A stretch of DNA of 50,858 nucleotides, the filler included, from Catajapyx aquilonaris (taxonomy: Eukaryota), in the NCBI GenBank assembly GCA_000934665.2. It is 2 parts of 2 records of this genome, joined end to end, with 100 filler letters (N's around TTAATTAATTAA, not from the genome) between each part and the next. Parts side by side here need not be neighbours in the genome. Positions count along the whole stretch, not along the records: positions 25,459 to 50,858 come from JYFJ02005377.1; 1 more part is not named here. One strand, 5' to 3'. Of this stretch, positions 36,501 to 49,900 are shown in pieces; positions within the stretch are counted from its first letter, which is position 1, and each line of letters starts with the position of its first letter. The notes under the pieces were generated by a model, which saw only the letters and a program-made list of their open reading frames with translations, was not told where the DNA came from and did not search any database. The position numbers and the translations under genes are program-made.

Positions 36501-39500
36501 CATTTTGTGATCTTCACATCTCCAAGTTGACGAGTAGGAGGATGCCCACCTTTTAGCCATGTCACTTGCGGTGTAGGATATCCTGCAAAAAATAAATTTT
36601 GATTGATGTCACTGTATAATTTAAGAAAAATTGCAAATTTGATGCTCACCATCTGCTTTGCACTTAAAATTGGCTGTGGTCCCTGCAGGTTTGACCATAA
36701 GTGGAAGCATCATCTTTGTGAAGACAGGCGCACGGGGTGTTTCTCCCTCAGGATCTTGCTCCGCTGTTTCCTCCGGTTCCTCAGTGTTGTTGGTCAACGA
36801 TTCCTCAGTGTCCACGGTTGCATCAAACATCTGTTCTGTCTTGTCCCCTGTCCATACCCTGGACAGCACCTCATGCTTGACAGTAGATGTAACGTCTCCA
36901 TTCTCAGCATGCTACAGTGCAAAATCTCAGTATTAAAAACTCAGGTGAAGGCCAATTATTGCAATAATCACCTCTGAGATCAGAGCATCAGCATCTCCAA
37001 GTGGTATCTGAAACTCAGGCTGTCCTTCCCATACGGACCCATCTTCTCCTAGCACAGCAACAGTGAGGTTCCGTACGTCTTTTCCATGTCGACAGGAATA
37101 CACTCCAGAGTCCTCTTCTTCAGCCTTGTTAATCACCAAACTGTACAAGCATGGTGTTAATTAGTTACTTAGTCACTAACAAATAATTAATATGCAAAGA
37201 TTAGGTGCCCTTACTGCAACTTCTTATCCTTGAACTTGATTCGTTTAATGTTGGTTGAGTTTCTCTTGAAACCCTGACCATTCTTGAACCATTCCCTCTG
37301 GATCTGCAGCTGACATACCAGTCTCAACGTGGTCCCTGCATTCACAACAGCCACTTCCGATCGTGTCCGAGACGACCAATCCTCCAATACTGAAACACAC
37401 ATTCATTAATTATTGTACCGGTCGTTCCCCCATTAAAATTCATCACATTCCAGGAAAACTAGAGCAACATCACAAAAAAACTTGGCATAAAATCTGATGT
37501 CCTCATCTCTTTCTGTCGGCGCTCAACCACTCCCCCGGGGTCAAAGGTCAGTCGCTCAGAGGCGGCCGGTCAATTCGGCGCGCGTGTACAAAAGTGTCTG
37601 CACGTGACCTCATGCTCATGATGCATTTTTATCCATAGCTCAACTACGCCTCAGGGAGGGGTCATCAGATTTTTTGGGGGGAGGCCTCTCGACCTTCGCA
37701 ACCTCCCGGCTTAGTTGCCAAACTTTGGGGTCCTCGGGTATACACAAAAACCCACCATTTTTCTATGCAGACAGGTCACAAAAGGATGGGCACCAAGTGG
37801 ACAATAAAAAGGTGAAAAGGCCTTTCCTTATTGTTCCCACTGATCGACCTTGGCCAAAGCTGCATGACCTGCTCATGTTCCTTCGAGGGAGGAGGTGATG
37901 TCACAGAAGCCAGGGCTAATTGCTTTCTAATAATACACCAATACATCAGAGGTCATTTTTTTTAAACGCATCCAAGCTACCTGATCCTAGAGGCAAGGTC
38001 CGCAAAAATATTTGTTACTGATACTTAACACGAGCTACTTATCAACATGTCACAAACAAAGAAGTGATAGCATCTGAACGCTGCACTCTTTTTTTAAAGT
38101 ATATTTCGATCAAATTTTTTTTGGTACATGTCGTCTACATGTGGTGGTGAAGGTCACCGCGATATGGCCCCTCCTTATCCCTCAGGATGAGAGGTCATCG
38201 TCGCCTCCAGATTAATACATGTGAAGAAAGATCCGCCAAAAAGAGCGTACAGGCACGTGTAGGTCTTGACTTTTCCTGGACAAGAGAATTTTCCCTCCCA
38301 AAAATTTCGGAGGGGGGGTCGGAGCCCAGCCGTTGGCAGGGGGGCCAAAAGTGGTTAGAAAACCCAGCAGGGCCCATATAACCCAAACACGAAAACGGTT
38401 TTACTATGGTGCTTGTTGCCAGGACCCCCAAACTTTTGTTTTTTCTCTCTTCACCGAATATGTAACCGTACGCAGAATAATGCTCCCTGGCAATCCTGCA
38501 ATTCCGATTGCGATCTTAGTTGCGAAACATGACGTCTTTTCGTCTGAAAAAAACCCCCTGAATAATAGAATTTTCTACGCAGTATATCATCGGGTCCTTT
38601 TCCTTTTTCTTCAAACTCCAAGCACTTGTCCCGTATTGTCCAAAAACGGGATATTTCTAACAAAGGAGCAGCCCCCAAGTGACAACCATGGGCAATGGTC
38701 AGCAACTAGGGGCTATCAATTACCCTGCCGCCCCCCTGACGCGCTTCGAAGCTCCCCCTGGCCCCTCTTCTCAACCCAAAAACACCCACCAAAAAGGGCC
38801 AAGAGTCCTTCAAGGAGGGAACAGGGGGAACACTACAACCCCTGAAGTGAAAAGAGGACAAAAAGCAGCACCTGGGTACAAGCTTTCCCCATCAAAAAAA
38901 AGAGCATCGAGTTCATCAAAGAAACCAGCATCCCTGCAAAATCCATTCCTTGGGGACGTGCAGCCAAACCCCAGGGTCCCCCTTCCCCCGCCCCAAAAAA
39001 ATCTTTTTTTTCCAGGAAGGACCCCCCGAAATTTTCCTCACTGAGAAACACGAACCTTTTCAGCCCCCCTCCCCCTGGGGGGCTAACCCTAGAAGATTTT
39101 GGGGATTCAATTTTGGCGCTATTTTTATAACACCCCGGGTAAAATCCTCTCCGGCTCCAGTAAATTACGAGTGTAAAACCATTTACCACCTTTTGAGCGG
39201 CTGTCATGACCATTCTGCATGACAAAAGGCGCACCTGCCCCGATCGTCCATCTCACTCCGGAGGAACAAGACCTCTTTAAAAAATTCCTTCAGCATCCTG
39301 GAGCAAGCCCGCTAATTAATTTTATCCGATTAAAAAAAAGGACTGGTCATCACTCCGTTTAATCGCCATAGTACATGATGCAATTATCCGGATGAGTCGA
39401 TTAACCGACAGAACGGGCCAGAAGTTGTCATTGAATATTTTTTTTTGGGGGGGGGGGGGAAGCCGTGAAGGATAATGATAAGACGAACATAAATTAAATT

Positions 39501-40534
39501 AATCTTTAAAAATGCATGGAGCTTCGGTGCACCGCAGCGGTTCGCCCAAAATGGATAAACATTCCACTTTTAGCAGTGTTTATGCAAAAATATTATTGGA
39601 TAGCCTTGGACGTTGCATATAGGCCCAATTATTCACCTTGTCGATGTTTACACGACGGGTCGTTTTTCCTCACAACCAGTGCATTAGCAGGCACAGCGCT
39701 CAGAAAAATAATGTTAAGTCCAGGCTGCGTCCGTTGTCGAAAAGCCATATACCAAGGAAGCCTTAGGGGGCGTCCTTTTCAAAATAAATTTCCCTGGACG
39801 CCCATTGGCCGGTTCAGAAAACTTCTGCAGAGATGAAGCTTCTCCCTTTTACAGCATCTGCTTGGCAGATGACTGCCCTTTTCAGCATGAAGCCTATTTG
39901 AGGAGCACCCGCAGCATGTGTGTGAGTGACTCGAGGCGCACGACTTGAGTAATGCAACCTTGCACAGTGCAAACCATAACCCTATTTATTACTAGGAGGG
40001 GTGTAACTCAAAAGCAATCCTTTCGCCACTAATCATTTTTGAGGTGTCGCGCCAAGATGGCCGCGAGAAAGAAATCCAAGTTGCATATTGTGCAAGTGGC
40101 GAATTAACTGGGTCAGCAGGTGTGTACTCTTCAAGATTGGAGATGCTCCAAAGGGTCATGCCTGGCTCAGAAATCAGACGTTATATCAGGCAACTGCAGC
40201 CAGAAAACTAAAAGGACCTCCAAATTGTGCTGATGCCTCCTAAAATTTTCTTCCCACGCACTAAAGTCTATCTCAGCACATCTACGTTTCGGTCTCCCAA
40301 AAAAATGTTCAGGAGAGTCTCTCATCCCATGTGCTCGTGTCAAGCCAAGGTAAGTGCGCAGTCATGCTGGATAACCAACTGCAGCTGGTGAGAGCCGATT
40401 AGGACCATACCCGAAAATGTTGGGTTATCGACAATTGGGCGCCGGCCGGCCCGTCTCTACATGATAAACTCACCTAATTTGGTCTCCTTGGCGATGGCCA
40501 CAGCAACCAGAGTTAGCAACCACAGCTGCTGCAT
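30510..40534 (-). CDS. FGFR: Fibroblast growth factor receptor: signal peptide, 3 Ig domains, acid box, TM, tyrosine kinase (~831 aa)
   Basis: Exons 40534-40474 ([15 protein letters not shown]), 37389-37215, 37140-36972, 36911-36650, 36582-36394, [34836-34652 or 34410-34223], 32718-32341 (TM), 32025-31483 ([16 protein letters not shown]), 31270-31077 ([35 protein letters not shown]), 30995-30858, 30796-30691 and 30605-30510 (DYLEL). The total is 2496 nt in frame using the first alternative exon. Confidence 0.96.
32903..33028. mobile_element. ~126-bp MITE-like inverted repeat in an FGFR intron
   Basis: TAATTGAAGACCTC(G)n-GAAGAGCGATCAAGGTCCAC pairs with GTGGACCTTGATCATTCTTCCCCTGAGGTCTTCAATTA; TA at both outer ends. 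Confidence 0.7.
34223..34410 (-). CDS. FGFR: FGFR alternative exon B (N-terminal half of IgIII)
   Basis: ttttcag|AA CGT GTG ATG CAT AGA CCC ... ATA CAG|gtctgg; 188 nt, phase 1 to 0; [43 protein letters not shown], the more canonical FGFR-like version. Confidence 0.88.
34652..34836 (-). CDS. FGFR: FGFR alternative exon A (N-terminal half of IgIII)
   Basis: ttttcag|AG CGA CTT CCT CAT CGG CCA ... ATG GAG|gtaagt; 185 nt, phase 1 to 0; [45 protein letters not shown]. Confidence 0.8.
37538..38197. promoter_or_regulatory. Nuclear-receptor half-site cluster with a perfect DR1
   Basis: GGGTCA-A-AGGTCA at 37538-37550 plus RGGTCA/TGACCY at 37605, 37659, 37773, 37865, 37950, 38151 and 38192. Confidence 0.5.
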
Positions 40535-43500
40535 CGTACCTCAGTGGCCGCCTGAAACAAACATCAGAAAAATCAGTCCAACAGTCTCAAAGTTACCAAA
40601 AACCGCGTGATGCATCCAGCCCTAATCCAACAGTCAGACAAACACATTAATTGGTCTTCAAGGTCCACACCAATCTAAATCTCCTGGGAAGTCGGGAGCC
40701 ATCTCAGGACACTCAACCAGACATGCATATAAGCCCCCAAAAAATTCACATTTTTATCGGCCACTCCTTATGCTGAGATGACCACACCAAAAAATATTTG
40801 CATACAAAGACAGGAATTGCACGTCTTGGTATATATAAAGTGTGGGAAACTCTCCAAGAAAATCGTGACATGTCTTACTGGACAATGGGGCTATATTGAT
40901 GATGGATTGGGTTGATTGGATGTTTGGGAGTCTGCGGGTTAAGTGCTGGAGATACACCTCTTAGGGCCATGTGGAAAAGATAATTCCAGGGGGGGATGAT
41001 AAGACTTTGGGAACCAGAAGAGAAAAGAGATGGCCCGGGAAGAAAAGAAATCCAAGGTCGAATTCTCTTGAGGAGGGTGACATTAAAAGGCGGGTTTGAG
41101 ATTTCGAGGAGGGGATAAGGGGGAAAAAATTATATATAAAAAAAACATCTTATAAAAATATAGGGTTCCTGAAGGAAGAGCCTGGAATTTATTGAACTTT
41201 TCCCACACAAATTTTGGTCCAACAAACCGTTAGCTGTCTGAATTCATATAGACCGAACTGAACGACTGTAGCAACGACGCTCGTGTGAACCCGCTTTTTT
41301 TTCCTAGCCTAAACACATTTCGACCCCCCCTTCTCTTGTAAGGATCTTTCGGCGAGATCCTCCAGTGAATAAAAACGTCTGAAGTTAGCGTCCCAACTGG
41401 TTGCGCTTGACTGAAGAGGAAATTCCTGCGAATGGCGCCAGCCCGGAAGTGCTACCGAAGAGATCGTAAATCAAGCTCGCACGTTGGCTAACTCAAGAAG
41501 TAAGTCACCCCCTAGAAAACTCCACCTTCCAATCCTATATAACTACATTTTTAACGTAGACGTTACTTGTTTCCAACTATACGATTGGTCCAGAGTCTCT
41601 CAAGAGAGCCTTCTTTTCCCACGGGCTCGAGATACAGGGGGATACAAGTCTTCTTCTTGCTGGAGGATGGGTGTCCCCCAAGCCCGAACTAATTGGTGTT
41701 CCACTAGTTCCAGGCCCAGAAACGGGGTAAAAGAGTGGTCCTGGGCGTCCCCCAAGCCAGTCTCAACGGGATTTCTGACAAGGACGCCTCTCATTTTGTC
41801 ACACAAAAACTGATGAGTCGTCCAGTCAAAGCGAGTCAAAGTATCAAGTTAATTCGTCAGTGAATCACGCCAACGTGGGTCTAAAACCTATTTCAAGGTG
41901 AGGTCCTTACATTTGAAAAGCCGATCACACGCTTCTTTGACAATAGAGCCATGTGGCTTTTAGTCAAAACCATATGGTATCGCACCTGACTGAGCCGCAT
42001 AAGCAGCTCTCTCACCAGAACTTACAGATCGAACAGGGCAATGTAAATGACCCCAATGGCGTCTTATTTTAAACCATGTGCTCACCACTAATTCGAACCT
42101 GGTTGTAATAAAACCGGCAGCAGCGTCAAATGCCAATGTAAACACAGTAGCTAGGGATCTGCCGCTAATCCTGCTCCATTCAACACTTTTTTCGCGCGCC
42201 AAAATCTGCTGACCTCTCTCCTTTGACCCAACACCTGGGCGTAACCAACCGAACAAGTGCCTAATCAGCACTGGCCCAAAGCTTACCTCTTTTTTAAAAA
42301 AAAAAAAAAAAGTCTGCCCAACCCAACCGATCAACCCTGGTTAAAAACCGTGGCCAACTGGCAACAAGCCTGCTGTTCCTCCTTCCCTAAAAAAAGATAA
42401 GCCCACCATTTTATATCCTCCACATCTTACAGGTCCGACTTGCTAAATTGTACCTTGAGCCGGGTCAATTTTTTTTTCGGGGAGTCTCAAAAAATTCAAG
42501 AGAGGGGTGCAACACATCTGGCCCAACTTTTCCATGGTGTTTGTGTATCTTGGCTCACCCAACCACCCACTGCTTTTTTGGGAATCGGGTTGCAGCATCT
42601 TCCCACCAAATCGCACCTGTTTCTCCGCTTCAACTTTTTTTTTTTAAATCCAGAAGGTCTGTCAATCACCACCAAAAAAAATGTCTTCCGTGCCACCTTA
42701 TCTGGGCGAACTTGTCTTTCACTCGGCTTTTTTTTGGGAGTTACCTGTGTGCCTTGTTCGTCAAACGCAGCCTTTGACAACGGTCCAGTGGCAACAATCG
42801 CCTGTCATAAACAGATGTCAACGACTTTGTTTTTCTCCGGCCCGGCGCTAAATCCGCTGAGCAAGGACACACAATGCTTCCTCAAATTCCTAAAGAGGAC
42901 TTGGGTGATAACTAAAACCAACCCTTTTGCCCGTCACCAGATACGACAACAACATAATGCAACCTGCGGTGCCACCCGTCACCACACATGCCTCTGTCAA
43001 CCGAACAACAATTGACAATTTTTGTGTGGGTCTGTCATATACGTGCAGCGTGACTGATTTTCAACAAGTTTCGCAAGACCGCAACATTTGCAGTTTATTT
43101 ATACCGGCAATGTGTGTACGTGTGTGTGTGTGCACTCGAAGCAAGCACATTTCACGGTGAGTGTATCGCAGTTTTGCGGCCAGCACGTGGATAGCGCAGT
43201 TTAGAGGAAGCCGCTTACGCAACTCTTTTTCGTAGAATCCTTTCCAACCCATGATTTAGCCCAGTCCCAGATGCAAATGGATATAGCTCCACATACTGAT
43301 GGCATGTATATCTAGTGACGCATAGCAGAACATGTCAAGATCGACTTTAAAACAAACCAGAACACCAGACTTACTAGTATAGTACCAGGTGTCACTAAAG
43401 TAATGCACCGAATGCGGTACATATTGTGACGATTAGGGGGAAAAAAAAGCGTGTCACATGTTTTTTTTTTAAATTTAAAAAATAGTTGGTGTGTGAATGC

Positions 43501-46500
43501 GTTAATAGCAGTTAAAAGCACAAACCTTTTTCACGCGGCTGTCTCCGTCATGTTTGCCACCGTCAACAAATAGTCACTGATTCCGACGGTGTGTCACTTT
43601 TGGCAATTTCCAACTCAACAGACCTTACTCGAAGACACGGTCTCAGAAGACTGAGGAGAAGCAAACTGGGGCTGGGGCTGGGGGAAAAGGGGAGCTCCCG
43701 TCACACTAGCGTCTCCCCCATCTGGTTGCCGCTAGTGCGAGCCCCCGACCGACCAACCACCAGTCTTCCTCCTTCCCCGAATCTGAGCGCCGCCTAGGCT
43801 AATCTCCAAGCCAAGAGGCGCAGTTTATTTCTGGACCACCCCGCGTTTTCGGGATTAACCTCTTCTTGCAACAAGGGTTACTGACTGCCCTTTATCTCAC
43901 TCCATACGCCCCCCCCCCCCGTACTACACCCCCCCTATGTCACGCACGTAACATTTTCCCCCAGTAAGCCACGCCCACAGACTCCCCCCCATGTCACGCA
44001 TGTAACACTATTCCGGACACCCCCCCCCCCCTTTTTAAATTAGCCACTCCCACGCACTTGTGTGTACCTCCCTTCTTGAAGATTGTGTAGCTAAGGCTAA
44101 TCGTAGGCCGGATGAAGGCCTGGCTATATAAGATGACACTGACCAGAGGCGTTGGAAGCCCCAAAACCGACACCTGGGGAGCATTAGTTTATTTGACTTT
44201 TTGGTTGCTGAAGTTTGCGAAGCGCGCCTGTGACTCCAGGGAAGAGATCAGGGGACCGGGGGGTTCAAAACACGGGGGCGCCGTGATTCGGAAAGGGGCT
44301 GGAATATTAGTGGAAAGTCATAAAGGATTGATTGTTCTGAGCATGTTTCAGGAGGGGATGGGGAGTCACATGGGTTGGATCCAAGCACGTCCTGCATACG
44401 GCTGACAAAAAGTTTGGGGACTCTCATTACAATTATCATACTACTAATCCCCTTATTCTCTCCGTCTGTTTATACTTTGACTCATCGCCTAAGTAGTAGC
44501 TTCAATGCTTGTGGACTTTGTCCGCGCGGTGACTCATCACCAACGTGCATGCAGTGCTACTTTCTCCCTGAGAGTGGCAGTAGTGTGCAGAGAGGGACGT
44601 TCAAGTGTGTGTGTGNGGCAAGCAGTGTTGCCAAAATTAGGTAACGAGTCATCTACTAGTTAGGGTCGAATTCAGAGCTAGATGTCCTAAACGCATGGTT
44701 AGAGGGTGTTTAATATTATGTCGCATGTCGTACCCTGTAAGGACACCTCATAAAACACTTACAACTTCGTAACACCATATTTCGCAAATGATGACGATGT
44801 AACAAGGGGACTCAAAAATAGCCAAAAATTTCCGAGTTGCAACATTAGAGCACGTGTGCAATAAAACAAGCCAAATTTGGCAACCCCGACCAGGTCGTCA
44901 CCCGTATATCACAGTATGCAAAAACCCAGCCCTCACACAGCGTGTAATAATATAAGAGAGAGAGAGAGAGTCGCATCGACAAACCTACGCATGTGTACGT
45001 GCGTCCAATCGCAGATGATGAACATACCGGATCCTACCTCCTTCTTTGGCATTTTCTTCGGATATGATCTACGAGCATCTACCTCTACAACTGACGTCTG
45101 CACTTATGTACACACATGCGGTTTGCCATTTTTCTTCTTGTTGTACTATACACCGACGCAAATGTCCTTCCTCAGCATCACATCAGCCAGGGCAGTAAAC
45201 AGCTAAAAAATTTCTGATTTCCGGCGCCCACACCGCGCAGATATTTTGGACCCCTAAAAAATAGGGCCTGCCCTAAATACATATCCGCAACTCCAAAAAA
45301 AAAAGAAGCTATCTCAAGACCTGGCCATACGCCACACCCCTCCTTAAGAATTGATAATAGTCCTCCCAACACCTTTCCAGCTAAAAAGCCAGACTGTGCG
45401 ACGCCCCCAAAGATGTGTACTACAGGTCCGTCCCGAAAGAGGCGTCGTCAGCGTCGGACTCATGCCAAGGTGGGGTCAACTCACAGAAGCGCCGCGATCA
45501 TTTCAACCTACCTTTGGTCTTCTCGCCAATTTCCGCTCGTAACCGACCATTTTCTATGTGCTGCTGTGTGCGCGGATCTAACCCGCCTTCATCCATCTTC
45601 AGCTTCCGGTTTCCTTTTTTCATTTTCCATTGGGGTCCCATCCCATTCTTAGGGGGGTCCCCTTTTGCTAGTCTCGGATGTCTTCTGCTTCCTGCACCTT
45701 TTCTTCCTGGATCGTCAATGGCCTTTTATCTCTGGAGCACCAAGGACTTTGATGATAACCCACTCGCCTCCACTTTTGGGACGATTTTGTAGAAAAAGGG
45801 TGACACTTGGGGGTGTCAAGTGGTTTCGTTTGACGACACTCAAAGCGACAGAAAGAGCAACAAAGGGTGATTTTATAAAGCGAAATTATTCCCGAAATCG
45901 CAATCAGAACAATTCGCGAATAATGCAAATAAATTACTGGGCGCACGTGCGACGCCCACGTCATGACTGAGGTAACCCCTACGCCCCTTCTTGTCTTCCT
46001 CTTCGTATTTTTTCTTTCGTTGATGGCACGAACCATGAGATGGACGAACCTGGCGCACCGCCTTTAAGATATTTCCAGTCTCCTAAAAATAAAGGCGGCG
46101 GCTTAGAAAAAAAAGGAGGACTCGAAAAAAAGAAGAAATGGAATGAAAGACTTTTTTTTTTTTCTTTTGCTCCAACCATTCCCCAGCACCCCCATACCGT
46201 CACCTCATACCCGTCATTATAACATAGAACTTCCAGCGCGAAATTTTGGGCTTGAGACCAGCGAAAAGGACCTTCGAAGACAGGATGGGACCGCACGTGC
46301 GCCAAAAACCATCCCACCTTGGACCCCAGGCTTGCTTTTCTGGTTCATTCAATAATCATCCAGAGGCTGCTTCATTCAAGCTTCAAAGAGAGTACGCCGA
46401 ATGGGGACGAAGAACACACGTGGCTGCTGTCCTTCATGACACCTGGGTTGGGGATCATCAGGACGGATCATCTTTGCGGTTTGTTTGTAACCCGATCATG

Positions 46501-46517
46501 TTACACGCGCACGGATC

Positions 46518-46981
46518 ACGATTCAACCAATAGGAGTCAGCGACTCCTAACAACAGCCAATCGGCATTGTTTGAGTGGGAGGAGCCAGTAGAGTCTCTCA
46601 ACCAATCCCAGGCAGCGATTCCTGTTAGAAGCCAATCGGAAGTGTTTCAGTGGGAGGAGCCAGTAGAGTCTCTCAACCAATCCCAGGCAGCGATTCCTGT
46701 CAGCAGCCAATCGGTATTGTTTGAGTGGGAGGAGTCAGTAGAGTCTCTCAACCAAACCCAGGCAGCGATTCCTGTCACCAGCCAATCGGCATTGTTTGAG
46801 TGGGAGGAGCCATTAGTCTCTCAACTAATCCAAGACAATTGTTAGACTCCGCCCAGTCAAACGATGCCTATTGGCTGCTGACATGAATCGCTGTCTGGGA
46901 TTGGTTGAAACACCAGACTGGCTCCTCCCACTCAATCTCGATTGGCTGCTGTTAGTCGCTGTCTGCTATTGGCTGAATCGT
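46518..46981. mobile_element. Foldback-like element: 75-bp tandem array plus an inverted copy
   Basis: About 3.7 copies of a 75-bp unit (AGCCAATCGGCATTGTTTGAGTGGGAGGAGCCAGTAGAGTCTCTCAACCAATCCCAGGCAGCGATTCCTG...) at 46555-46830 and an inverted degenerate copy at 46870-46950. The termini ACGATTCA(A/G)CCAATAG are inverted repeats. Confidence 0.75.
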
Positions 46982-49900
46982 CCAATTTTCTGCGCCCAAA
47001 ATTTTTATGCCCAATTATTTTCTTCCCCCCTTTTTTTTAAGCGCCATAAGCCCGCGCTTCAAGATGGCGTCTCCGATTCAACAATATTTTTTGGGATCAG
47101 GCCCAGAAACAGTTGGCAGCTTAGCCCCCCTGTTTCTGTGGACAAAGTCCCGTGTCCCTCGTTCCCCTTGAGCGTGCAACCCTAGTAAATGATAAATCAC
47201 GTCTGGGGGAGGTGGGCTGGACAGAGTCTGGCTGGCAAATCCCCAGAAAGTGTCCCAGGATGGTCAAGGGCCACTCCTAAGCTTCCTCTTCGTCTTTTTT
47301 TTTTCCTTCTTCTTTCTCTACACGCAGCAGACCACTCCTCAAGTTCTGACTTACGACCTCTGCACATATTATTTTTCCTCAAGAGTGCATTGGCATTTTT
47401 GTTTTTAAAATGAGGTCGTTTGGCAGACTGAGTTCTCTCAAGTGGCGTCAAGTGCTATCTTCAGATGGGTTGCACCGATAGCTTGTTTCGGCCAAGTACC
47501 ATTGAAGAAACATCCCATCCACTTTTGGCGTCGGAGGGAAAGAGAGACGTCGGTTGGGTGTTGATGAGAGGAGACGGCGTATATAGGGGAAAAGGGGGGA
47601 GAAATTTTCTGTCGGAAAAAGTTTCTTTTGGGCAACGACCCTTCTTTTGCTATCTTTGGCTGCCAGATGAAGCCGAGCTGATTTTTGGGGCCGACCAGTT
47701 CTATGTAGGTAAGCGCAGTATTTATGAACAGTATTGAACTTGAGTCGGCTATAATTACTTTTTTTTTTTCAAGGTGAAAGGAAGACCGCAAGGTTTTAGT
47801 GTGGGCCAGGTGCACCCTTGCGCCCCAAAATCCAGGGTAACACCATCCGGACTGTTGCAACTACGATCTGCCAACTTTGGAGAAGAAAAGCACGTGGCCC
47901 CCATCCATGTTGCCTCTCTTCAGCCCCCTTTTCAAACACCCAACTAACCCCTTACGACGACTTTGTCTTCGAGTCAATAAAGTACAACGAGTTGCAACCT
48001 TGCGATGGAGGGGGTTCCTTCGTGTGGCATAAACAAAAATCAAAAGTGGAGGAGGAGGGGGGTTTGCTTCTAAAGTTGTGGGCATCGAGCCAATCTCAAG
48101 AGTTTTTCCAAGGTGTGGCCACCATTTCTGTTGGGGAGTCCCTGCCTTGAATTCCGCCATTCTGCCTTACATGACATCCGTTTAGAAAGCCAATTTCTAT
48201 CAGTCAAGTCCATATATACGCTCTTGGTTTTCATTTTATGGTAAACCTGTCAGTTAATTGTTTCAAAATATTTTTAGAATTATTGAGTAATCAGTAGGCC
48301 AACCAAAGAGTCAATGGACTGGCTGCTCCGAACTGAAATCAGTTTAGGTTAAATGTTTTGCAGCCAGTTCGGTGTTTAAAACTGGCCGATATTCTCAGGT
48401 TTATAGCCTGGCTGTTCCACAGAAATGGGCTGTATATCATTTACCTCTTTTGGTGAATAGGCCCTGTCTTATGAGTAAGTATTTATGACCTGTTTCTAAA
48501 AGAAGGTTCGTTAAAATAAAAAAAAAAGTGGGCTCCAGTTTGGGGGAAATTTTCTGCCTCGAACTGTCATCAAACCAAAAATTATTTCAGAGGTGGTGAC
48601 CGTATCTAACAGTTAACATGTGTTGCCCTTGCTTAGCCCCTACACTTCATAAAGATGGTTTTGTAAGAAAATTGCTCCTGGTTAAGATCTGCCGTCGGTT
48701 CAACCCTGCGTGACAGCCACACCCTTTTTTTTTTTTTTTTTGGTGGCTACAATTCTGTATAAATATTATGGTTGATATTAACTTACTGTTGTGACACTTG
48801 CTAAGTACAAAAGTCAGAAGCAAGCAAAGCAGACTTGCTGCCCAAATGTTTAAACGACCTCACGCGCACAGTTTACATCATTGACAAAACAAGTAACCCG
48901 GCCGCTCAGTACTCTTGGCACCAGACACTGTTGATGTGCAAGACCACTGATTGACACCTGGTGACTTAAAATACGCCATTGCTTCTTGGGGGCCACCTTA
49001 GGAGTCCCCCCCAAAAAATAAGGAGGAAGTAAGGGGGGGTTGTGAAAAGGAGGAGAGAGAAAAAAAAGAAGGGCAAGGCAGGCAAAGCATCTGGAAATTT
49101 GTCCGCCTCCTGTCGCTTAAAATAGCCGCGACTATCTCTCCTGGCTTGAGACTACCAACTAAGAAGGACGCAGCCAGTAAGGATCATGCTGGCTGGCTTC
49201 CTCCTACAAATTGCACGCCACCTTCTTCCCACCTTCCAAAAAGCAGAAGGCTCTTTCTCGTCTTTCCTCTCTGGCACGTGACACTTCATTTTTTCACCCC
49301 CACCCTCCAGACTTTTGTCTTTTTCTTACCCCCTCCCTATCCGCACACAACTGTCTCTTTCTGTGGCTGTCACCACTGAGGAAATGGCAAGTCGGAAAGA
49401 AGGTGTGACGCCCCCCATGGGGAGAGGCTTTGACAATAATTATTTCTGGGGTGTATTCCGGTCTCATTTTCTTTCCCCGCCAGCAGCAATGTTTCCAACC
49501 AGATACTACCACTAGGAAAGATTCTGATTGTCCCCAGCAGCAGTGGAACAGATGGAAAGTTGTTTGGATAGGTTCGACGCAACGCGTGCCACTCGTTTGT
49601 TACAATCTTCCTCTGGTATAGCAAACAAAGGAGGGCCAGTTGGTAGATATGCGGACAAGTGGCAGGAGACTATCCATTTTATCGAACACACAAATTAATT
49701 TGAACGGCTTCCAAGGCAAATAAAACAAATGCCAGAGTTGGCACCATGAAGCTGTCTACTGCTGGCTGCTGGGGTGGAGATGAGATATACTCTGGGTTTG
49801 CTTGCTGTCTCTACAAATGAAGGAGTTCATTTCCAGACCAGCTGCTTTTTCTTGTACCCTGATCTTGGATGGTTTCAACCACAATGGACACAATGATTCA

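Noticed and set aside
46567..46845. 92-aa ORF with a 25-aa repeat
   Set aside because: A by-product of a 75-bp DNA repeat that also occurs inverted; no splice or start context.
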